Shown: piece by piece, positions 54,601 to 64,000 of the stretch
Position numbering within the stretch: position 1 is the first letter of the stretch
How the letters are laid out: every line of letters starts with the position of its first letter
DNA from: Antedon mediterranea
Lineage: Eukaryota > Animalia > Echinodermata
Direction of reading: 5' to 3'
Length of the DNA stretch: 64,000 nucleotides
Assembly (NCBI RefSeq): GCF_964355755.1
Contig: NC_092672.1
Location: 21,775,237-21,839,236 of the forward strand
Translations under genes and position numbers: made by a program
Notes under the pieces: model-generated
What the model saw: the letters and a program-made list of their open reading frames with translations, nothing else
Database searches by the model: none
What the model was told of the DNA's origin: nothing

Positions 54601-56484
54601 GGTTGATCTTCCCAACGTTTGAACACTTCCTGAGCAGGTACGTAAGGTAAAGGAAGTAGGTTTTGATGTGTTCCGGAAGTGGTCGAATAATTGTGGTTTT
54701 GCCAGTGTCCCATTACTCTGGTCGTCAATGACTGCATAAACCACAAGCGCTTCAGCTTCACGGTTTTCGGGGAAAATCAGTAACTTGCAAATTTTGGAAC
54801 ACGAACGTCCGCCAGGAATGTTTTTGCACACTTGAGTGCAAAGCGGTGAGAGTGAAGGTTTGACACCATCTTCTCTCTCCTCGCCGTCTTGTTGTGAGGT
54901 TGAAGCAAGAGCATCTTGCTGTGGAGGTGATTCTTGGACTGCAGTGTTGTTTGAAGTGGCGTCTGGATGCATGGCGGTGATATGCCTCTTGCTTTTACAT
55001 ACTACACACTCAATCGCTTCTTTGCAGTCACGGGCTTGATGTGTGTTTGATGCGCAGCATTTGTAACAAAGGTTACACTCCTTCAGCAGAGCTTTCCTCT
55101 CTTCTATTGGTTTCTGCTTGAAGGAACGGCACTTTGCCAAAGTGTGTCTAGCTTTGTGTATCGGACACCAATTATTCAGTCTCTCTGCAGTCTCTTTTTT
55201 GCCATGTGGCATTGGGCCAACATTTGTTCTATTCACGGCAAGTGATCTTGGGGGTGGTTTGTTGTTGCGTGCAGGCTTCTCTGACACAGGTGATTGGAAA
55301 CTGGGGTCTTTTCGCATATCCGCCTGATTGGTTACAAAATCCACAAAAACTTTGAATGGAGGGAAGGTAACCTTCTTTTCCGTCTTATACTGTGTTCCCT
55401 TTGACATCCACCTTTCTTGAAGGTTATAAGGCAATTTTGTAACTATCGGATTTACACCATGTGCTGAGTCCAGTGACAGTAATCCGGAGTACAGTCCTTC
55501 TTCTTTTGCACAGTTTACTTCAAGAAGAAGGTGTTTAAGCTCACGAAGCTTCAGGTGGTCCCTGAATTGGAACTTTGGAAATTCTTCAAGTCGTTGAAGT
55601 AGGTCCCTTTCAATGACTTCTGGAGCACCATACGTTTTGTCCAGATTTTCCCATACCATGTGTAAACCTTTTTCGGGATTATTTACATTGATGGCTCTAA
55701 GAGGCATCACAAGTTGTAACGACTGCTCCCCTAACCACTTTGTAATTAGATCGAGTTCTTGAGACGATGACAAGCGCAGGTCATTGGTGACTCTCTTGAA
55801 CGATGCCTTCCAAGGTCTATAGTTGGCTGTCTTGTCATCGAATTTGAGAAGACCTGACGCTACAAGCTCTTTCCGCATAAGATGATTTGTCAATGCATCA
55901 ACTGCTGGGAAACTGGAATGGTCGACAGGTTGAGATGTTGGTAACTGCATTGATTGCCGTTGTGGTTCTTCCTGAGGGATGGGTGTGAAATGTCTGGTCA
56001 CATAGTTTTCCGTGCGTTGATCTGAATTCTGAGGAGGCGGCAGGCCTAGCCGGTCAGATAAACTTGTGGTGTGGCTCGGAGGTCTAAATTCAATTTCATT
56101 ATCTTCGTAGGCTGCCGCTTCTGCTGTTGCCACGGCGGCTTCTTTTTCAGCTTGAAGAAGATAGAAGTCTGCTTGTTGTTGAGCCTTTTGCCTTTCCAGT
56201 TCGGCTTCTTTACGCATAATTTCTGCTTCTCTTCGGGCAAACTGGAGTTTGGCTTTAGTAATTTCAGCTCTTGCACGTGCTCGTGCAGAGCTGGTTGTCG
56301 ATGATTGAGTACTGACATGATCATCTTCTGGAGACTGTCGTTGTGCAGGTAGCAATGGCTGCTGTTGGTGACTTGTCACGATAGATGCAAGCCTTGGTTC
56401 CGATGCTGATAGTCGATTTATTCTGTCCAATCGACAATCTTCTTGACTACCTAAGTTGTAGTTTCTTCCGGATCTTGTAGACAT
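51677..56484 (-). pseudogene. gag-pol: BEL/Pao gag-pol, copy 1 (frameshifted, integrase truncated)
   Basis: Gag Cys/His knuckles CPIHKARHTLAKC, CYKCCASNTHQARDC and CVVCKSKRHITAMH; protease YAVIDDQS; RT YVDD; RNase H FSDAS/YTDS; integrase HHCC and first Asp (GIDVFGP). Frameshift at ~53376; ends in the deletion junction at 51677. Confidence 0.92.
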
Positions 56485-56509
56485 GTTGAAGGTTGAGTAG
56501 TGTTTTTAC

Positions 56510-57376
56510 TGTGCTGCCCTCGATAACGGTCGCGTCTTCTAGACAGCCAGATCCAAATAAGACACTAGATGTACATATAGTTAGAGTTTCGTTACTAACG
56601 TTTATTATGCGTCGTATCGTAGTATATTATATTGGTAAAACTGTGGAGGATTACAAAGAAAAACATTATCTAGACTACATTAAAAATAGCAATACAGCGT
56701 ACAAACATTGTATTTAGCTGTTTAAGCAAAAAAGGTAACGTAAATGCTAATCATATATAACTGCTATACTAACCTAAATTAATTAATATCTTTAATTGCT
56801 ATAACATTTCAACAAAGGTTGAGGCATCAATGGTAGAATTATGCCTTATATGCATTAAGACTAGGAATGAATTAACAATAAATCATCGTCCTAGATTGTA
56901 GACTGTAATTATTAAAATAGATACTGTACATATATAGCCAGTACTATATAAAGTAGTAACTTGATTAAATAATATATATGGACCTATATATGGCCTAATT
57001 AAAAGTTAAAATAACAATTATAAATTAACATGTACTTACACACTGTGATTCTCAAATAGAGACACGTCAAAGATATAAAAAGAAATGAAACTTGTAAACG
57101 AAAAGCATATAAAAGCTTGTGGACTTCTCTCAGTGAATGCTACTGTATTACTAATACTTTATACTGTACAATGTACAAATTAAGTCAATGCATTGGAATG
57201 TCCAAATCTAAACAAGTGCCTTAATGATAATACAGTGTGGTACTCCAGGTCAAAACTAGGAGTAACCATGGTAACAATTAAAGTTGCAATAAATTCAATA
57301 GTGTACCGACTACATTTTATATTAAGGATAACTATACTAAATAAATTTGTAAGGAAATTTATTTGGAGACAAAATA
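56510..57376 (-). repeat. LTR2 (867 bp), shared central LTR
   Basis: TGTGCTGCCC...GGAGACAAAATA on the plus strand, colinear with 63064-63930. Confidence 0.95.
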
Positions 57377-57388
57377 CTCCTCGTCTGG
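57377..57388 (-). promoter_or_regulatory. Polypurine tract
   Basis: Minus-strand CCAGACGAGGAG directly abuts the LTR start, just downstream of the pol stop. Confidence 0.7.
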
Positions 57389-57409
57389 CATAACTCATGT
57401 CATAACTAA

Positions 57410-60400
57410 CTATTCGGATACAAGAACCACCAGATCTGAAATTGGTCTTGAATATTTTTTCATTCCATCTCCCTTCTGCGTTGTCAGTTAAACGTGCCTC
57501 ACTAGGCCATCTGTACCAAGAAAAGCTTTCACCACTCTTGCAATCTGCCATTCGTTTCGATGTGCTTGCTTGTCTTTAAGCAACACAATATCCCCTTTCT
57601 TAATTGATTGCTTGGTGTCTTGCCATTTAGGTCGACGTTGCAAGTTTGAAATGTAGTCTTGCTTCCAACGTTTCCAGAAAGAATTCGCCAAACTCTGGAC
57701 ATGTCTCCACTGGGAAGTGTAAGATGTATTTGCGTCAAAATCTCCTAGGGGTGCACAATTTGTATTTGGTTTTTGCGTAAGCAACATAGAAGGTGTTAGG
57801 ATTGTTGGTGCATCAGGATCAGTTGAAACCGGTACCAATGGTCTGGAATTAATAATGTCCACGACTTCTGCCATCAACGTTGTAAGAATTTCATGGGTCA
57901 GTCTTGCTTGTTGATGTTGATTCAACATGGAGTCGAGAATGCGGCGTGCAATTCCAATCATCCTCTCCCAGGCTCCTCCCCTGTGGGACGAATGAGGTGG
58001 GTTGAAGATCCATTTGCATCCTTTAGACTGAAGAAAGTTCTTAACATCATGCGTTCCTATCTGAAGGTTGAGTTCCCTTACCGCTCCAACAAAATTAGTT
58101 CCTCTATCGGATCGAATAATTCTTGCTGGTCCCCGAAGTGCAAAGAATCTGCGAAGGGCGTTGATTAAGCTTGAAGCTGTCATTGTCTCTAGAACTTCAA
58201 TGTGCACGGCACGAGTCGACATGCACGAGAAGATTACCGCCCATCGTTTGCTATTGGCACTTCCACCCCTGGTACGTCTAGAAGTCACATTCCAGGGTCC
58301 AAAGACGTCTATGCCCACACTGGTAAACGGAGGTGATGGTGTGATGCGGTCTAGTGGTAAGTCTGCCATCTTCTGTGTCGCAGTTTTGCCTCTTAATTTC
58401 CTGCAGGTCACACACTTGTATATCATTGTTGAAACAAGCCGTTTTCCTCCAATAAACCAATATCCACCGGATCGTATTGCTCCTTCAGTTATGTGACGAC
58501 CTTGATGGGCCACTCTGCGGTGATGATACCTAGCAATCAAGGTTGCCACATGGTTATCCGCTGGTAGAATTATTGGATGTTTTTGGTTGTAATCTATCTC
58601 TAGATTTTCAGAGCGCCCTCCGATTCTAAGTAGCCCGTCGTCTCCCAAAATAGGATCTAACTTTCGAAGAGTGCTGGTCTTTGGTAATGGACGTCTCCTT
58701 TTTAGACATGCAATTTCATCTAGGTACGTCTCTTCTTGGACCGCCTGCACCACAACGATTCTGGCTGCGCTAATCTCCTCTAGTGTTATCTGGGAAGTAA
58801 ACATTCCCCATCCGTTGTTCTCTTTCAACTTGAACGAAGCTGCCACCTTCTTAAGTTTTGCTATTACAAGTAACAGTCTTTGCCAATCAGAAAAACGTTT
58901 AAAACGTGAGTTGCCAAGTCGTGGCTCGACGGTATGTGTTGACATTGTGGTGACAGTAGGTCTCACTTCGTCATCTTCATCCGGATCTATCAAGTCAAAT
59001 GTGTTTTCAGGAACTGATGTCTGTGGCCCGCCAGTCTGGACGATGATTGGGCCATCGAACCAGTTGCTGCAAATGAGAGCATCTGGAGCAGTTGGTCTTG
59101 AGGCAAAGTCTGCAGGGTTGCTCTCAGTTGCTACATAGTGCCATTGACTTGGAGATGTTGATCTTGTGATCCGGTTGATTCTATTTGCTACATAAACATA
59201 GAAGCGGCGTTTGTTATTATTTATGTAACCAAGCACTACACGACTGTCCGTATAAAATTTCACCGTATCAAAGCGGATGTCCATTTCATCTTTTATGAGT
59301 TCGAACATTTCAGTCGCTAATACCGCAGCACACAATTCCAATCTAGGAACTGTGTGAGCTGGTTTGGGAGCTACCTTGCTTTTGGATAAAACGAACCCAG
59401 TGTGACGGCCTACTTCGCTGGTCACAGTAAGATAGGTGACAGCTCCGATAGCTTGAGTTGACGCATCTGAGAAAATACTCAACTCTTTTCTCGTAGCCAG
59501 TTTTACTGAAGTTTGTACATAACACTTTGGTACCTTAAGATTTTCCAGGTGGAATAGTGACTGTTTCCAACTGTCCCACTCTTCTTTGTATTCTGGATTA
59601 AGAGGAGTGTCCCAATCGACAGTTCCGGAGCTTAACTTTCTCACAAGGATTTTCCCTTGTAGAGTGATTGGTGATACAAGACCTAATGGGTCAAATAGGC
59701 TGTTGACCACAGACAAAACTCCCCTTCTAGTGTATTCATCATTCTTTTGTGCTGATATCTTGAAGGTGAAGCTGTCTGTTTCCAAGTCCCATGATACCCC
59801 GAGACTTCGTTGGCATGGTGGAGTTTCGCTTTTCAGATTGATGTTTTGTAAGTCTTTGGCCTTGTCTGCTTCGTCCAAAGCAGCCATTACTTGTCCACTG
59901 TTGGACGCTATTTTGTGAAGGTGTAAGTTGCTTTTGTATTAAGGCAATTGCTTCTTCTGCAGTAGGTAATGATGTTAGTCCGTCATCAACGTAAAAATTA
60001 CGCAAAATATACTGACTTGCTTCCGAACCATATTTTTGTTCGTATTCTTTTGCTGTTCTGCCCATACAATAGATAGACACTGATGGTGATGGGGTGTTAC
60101 CAAACACGTGGACTTTCATTCGGTAATCAATTACTTCGTTATCCATGTTGTTGTCCTTGAACCACATGAATCTAAGATAGTCACAATGATCTTCTCGAAC
60201 ATTGAAGCAGTAGAACATCTGTTCAACATCAGCTGTCACTGCAATTGGTTCTTTCCTGAATCTCAAGAGGACACCCAGCAAGGAGTTGTTGAGGTCAGGA
60301 CCACTCAACAGAACTTTGTTGAGAGATATACCTTTCCACTCTGCACTTGAATCAAACACCACCCTTATTTTTTCTGGTTTCTGTGGGTGATAAACTCCAA

Positions 60401-63038
60401 ACATGGGGAGGTACCATCGTTCTTTTCCTTCTTCCATAGGCGGTGCTACTTCTGCATGTTTGTTTTTTACCATGTTTCCAATAAATTCAATGAATTGTTT
60501 CTTCTGTTCCGGTTTTTTATTTAAGGTTTTGCACAAACTATTGAATCTTCGTTGAGCCAGATCACGATTGTCTGGTAGAGGTTGTCTTAACGGCTTGAAT
60601 GGTAGAGGAGCTACCCAACTACCCTTGTCATCCCTGAATGCATTATTGTCCATTATGTTCATGAACTGACGATCCTCAACAGACATTGCAGGCTTATCAT
60701 CGTTTTCTCCAACATTAAATACTGTTCGTCCTATTTCAGGCTCGTTGTCGTTTTGCTCGCTCAAGTGGATTGCATTAGGGCAGGTTGGAAACTGTGTTAC
60801 GTTCGCCTTATATACATTGGTTTGCTCCAGCGGCAGCTGAACTTCGTCTAAACATGTTTCGCCGACAATTACCCAACCTAGATCGAGTCGTTGAGCGTAA
60901 GGAGCATTGTCTGGGCCATTTATCTGCTCTCTGACTTTGTGCGCTTGTACTACATCTCTGCCAATCAAGAGCAAGATTGGTATTTGGTGATCAACCTCTT
61001 CCATTTGATTTGCGATTTCGTTTAGATGAGGGTGATGAAGATCAATATCAGGGGATGGTATTTCTTCCCTGTTACCGGGAATCATTTCACATTCTCTTAT
61101 GTACGGTATCTTTATCAATGTTTTGCCGTCCATAGATCGAATACACATCTTGTTGGTTGATCTTCCCAACGTTTGAACACTTCATGAGCAGGTACGTAAG
61201 GTAAAGGAAGTAGGTTTTGATGTGTTCCGGAAGTGGTCGAATAATTGTGGTTTTGCCAGTGTCCCATTACTCTGGTCGTCAATGACTGCATAAACCACAA
61301 GCGCTTCAGCTTCACGGTTTTCGGGGAAAATCAGTAACTTGCAAATTTTGGAACACGAACGTCCGCCAGGAATGTTTTTGCACACTTGAGTGCAAAGCGG
61401 TGAGAGTGAAGGTTTGACACCATCTTCTCTCTCCTCGCCGTCTTGTTGTGAGGTTGAAGCAAGAGCATCTTGCTGTGGAGGTGATTCTTGGACTGCAGTG
61501 TTGTTTGAAGTGGCGTCTGGATGCATGGCGGTGATATGCCTCTTGCTTTTACATACTACACACTCAATCGCTTCTTTGCAGTCACGGGCTTGATGTGTGT
61601 TTGATGCGCAGCATTTGTAACAAAGGTTACACTCCTTCAGCAGAGCTTTCCTCTCTTCTATTGGTTTCTGCTTGAAGGAACGGCACTTTGCCAAAGTGTG
61701 TCTAGCTTTGTGTATCGGACACCAATTATTCAGTCTCTCTGCAGTCTCTTTTTTGCCATGTGGCATTGGGCCAACATTTGTTCTATTCACGGCAAGTGAT
61801 CTTGGGGGTGGTTTGTTGTTGCGTGCAGGCTTCTCTGACACAGGTGATTGGAAACTGGGGTCATTTCGCATATCCGCCTGATTGGTTACAAAATCCACAA
61901 AAACTTTGAATGGAGGGAAGGTAACCTTCTTTTCCGTCTTATACTGTGTTCCCTTTGACATCCACCTTTCTTGAAGGTTATAAGGCAATTTTGTAACTAT
62001 CGGATTTACACCATGTGCTGAGTCCAGTGACAGTAATCCGGAGTACAGTCCTTCTTCTTTTGCACAGTTTACTTCAAGAAGAAGGTGTTTAAGCTCACGA
62101 AGCTTCAGGTGGTCCCTGAGTTGGAACTTTGGAAATTCTTCAAGTCGTTGAAGTAGGTCCCTTTCAATGACTTCTGGAGCACCATATGTTTTGTCCAGAT
62201 TTTCCCATACCATGTGTAAACCTTTTTCGGGATTATTTACATTGATGGCTCTAAGAGGCATCACAAGTTGTAACGACTGCTCCCCTAACCACTTTCTAAT
62301 TAGATCGAGTTCTTGAGACGATGACAAGCGCAGGTCATTGGTGACTCTCTTGAACGATGCCTTCCAAGGTCTATAGTTGGCTGTCTTGTCATCGAATTTG
62401 AGAAGACCTGACGCTACAAGCTCTTTCCGCATAAGATGATTTGTCAATGCATCAACTGCTGGGAAACTGGAATGGTCGACAGGTTGAGATGTTGGTAACT
62501 GCATTGATTGCCGTTGTGGTTCTTCCTGAGGGATGGGTGTGAAATGTCTGGTCACATAGTTTTCCGTGCGTTGAGCTGAATTCTGAGGAGGCGGCAGGCC
62601 TAGCCGGTCAGATAAACTTGTGGTGTGGCTCGGAGGTCTAAATTCAATTTCATTATCTTCGTAGGCTGCCGCTTCTGTTGTTGCCACGGCGGCTTCTTTT
62701 TCAGCTTGAAGAAGATAGAAGTCTGCTTGTTGTTGAGCCTTTTGCCTTTCCAGTTCGGCTTCTTTACGCATAATTTCTGCTTCTCTTCGGGCAAACTGGA
62801 GTTTGGCTTTAGTAATTTCAGCTCTTGCACGTGCTCGTGCAGAGCTGGTTGTCGATGATTGAGTACTGACATGATCATCTTCTGGAGACTGTCGTTGTGC
62901 AGGTAGCAATGGCTGCTGTTGGTGACTTGTCACGATAGATGCAAGCCTTGGTTCCGATGCTGATATTCGATTTATTCTGTCCAATCGACGATCTTCTTGA
63001 CTACCTAAGTTGTAGTTTCTTCCGGATCTTGTAGACAT
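57410..63038 (-). pseudogene. gag-pol: BEL/Pao gag-pol, copy 2 (full length, three lesions)
   Basis: Same domains as copy 1 plus a full DDE core (GIDVFGP, SDRGTNF, WERMI). Nonsense GGA>TGA at 61182-61184, frameshift at ~59930, and a premature TAA at 57488-57490. After that stop the frame continues LTTQKGDGMKKYSRPISDLVVLVSE to a TAG at 57410-57412. Confidence 0.92.
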
Positions 63039-63063
63039 GTTGAAGGTTGAGTAGTGTTTTTAC

Positions 63064-63930
63064 TGTGCTGCCCTTGATAACGGTCGCGTCTTCTAGACAG
63101 CCAGATCCAAATAAGACACTAGATGTACATATAGTTAGAGTTTCGTTACTAACGTTTATTATGCGTCGTATCGTAGTATATTATATTGGTAAAACTGTGG
63201 AGGATTACAAAGAAAAACATTATCTAGACTACATTAAAAATAGCAATACAGCGTACAAACATTGTATTTAGCTGTTTAAGCAAAAAAGGTAACGTAAATG
63301 CTAATCATATATAACTGCTATACTAACCTAAATTAATTAATATCTTTAATTGCTATAACATTTCAACAAAGGTTTAGGCATCAATGGTAGAATTATGCCT
63401 TATATGCATTAAGACTAGGAATGAATTAACAATAAATCATCGTCCTAGATTGTAGACTGTAATTATTAAAATAGATACTGTACATATATAGCCAGTACTA
63501 TTTAAAGTAGTAACTTGATTAAATAGTATATATGGACCTATATATGGCCTAATTAAAAGTTAAAATAACAATTATAAATTAACATGTACTTACACACTGT
63601 GATTCTCAAATAGAGACACGTCAAAGATATAAAAAGAAATGAAACTTGTAAACAAAAAGCATATAAAAGCTTGTAGACTTCTCTCAGTGAATGCTACTGT
63701 ATTACTAATACTTTATACTGTACAATGTACAAATTAAGTCAATGCATTGGAATGTCCAAATCTAATTAAGTGCCTTAATGATAATACAGTGTGGTACTCC
63801 AGGTCAAAACTAGGAGTAACCATGGTAACAATTAAAGTTGCAATAAATTCAATAGTGTACCGACTACATTTTATATTTAGGATAACTATACTAAATAAAT
63901 TTGTAAGGAAATTTATTTGGAGACAAAATA
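63064..63930 (-). repeat. LTR3 (867 bp), 5' LTR of the complex
   Basis: About 1% different from LTR2 by eye; followed by the foldback arm. Confidence 0.95.
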
Positions 63931-64000
63931 ATTGCAGAGGAGGCGTTCCATATAAAATTAGTTTTTATAGCTCCATGGTATAAATATACCGCATATTTAT

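Larger units (their letters stand above)
36901..63930 (-). mobile_element. Tandem BEL/Pao LTR retrotransposon (LTR-internal-LTR-internal-LTR)
   Basis: Three LTR copies and two near-identical internal regions offset by 6554 bp. Flanks ATTGT (36896-36900) and ATTGC (63931-63935) form a 5-bp TSD with one mismatch. Domain order gag-PR-RT-RH-IN. Confidence 0.92.
35711..63977. mobile_element. P/Galileo-like foldback element (own sequence 35711-36900 plus 63931-63977) hosting the 27-kb retrotransposon complex
   Basis: Termini CATGGAGCTATAAAA / TTTTATAGCTCCATG with 7-bp TSD GTATAAA (35704-35710, 63978-63984). TATGGAACGCCTCCTCTGC on the left is mirrored by GCAGAGGAGGCGTTCCATA at 63934-63952. Inner arms 36200-36279 and 36460-36540 are inverted. 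Confidence 0.85.

Noticed and set aside
51694-63983. Plus-strand and alternate-frame ORFs over the retrotransposon and its LTRs (possible env or accessory genes)
   Set aside because: They are short antisense or shadow frames with no motifs. They recur only because the element is duplicated, and there is no room for env between pol and the PPT.

Overview
AT-rich, repeat-dense eukaryotic DNA, probably from an invertebrate animal (inferred from the transposon families present). There are no prokaryotic features. The only well-supported host coding sequence is one 99-bp ankyrin-repeat exon (5509-5607, +), which sits between two inverted Helitron copies. The first 35 kb is a mosaic of non-autonomous DNA transposons (Helitron, Helentron-type, Kolobok-, Harbinger-, piggyBac-, MULE- and Academ-like), decayed LINE and hAT fragments, minisatellites and a 38-bp P-type excision footprint. 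The last 28 kb (35711-63977) is one nested structure. A P/Galileo-like foldback element (7-bp TSD GTATAAA) contains a tandem BEL/Pao LTR retrotransposon (LTR-int-LTR-int-LTR, 36901-63930, minus strand, defective). The first LTR is split by a 14.1-kb stack (37418-51538) of nine ~1.5-kb Helentron-type elements from three families. These appear to have inserted into each other's microsatellite, leaving their termini arranged like nearly balanced brackets. All coordinates and comparisons were made by eye; no database search was run.
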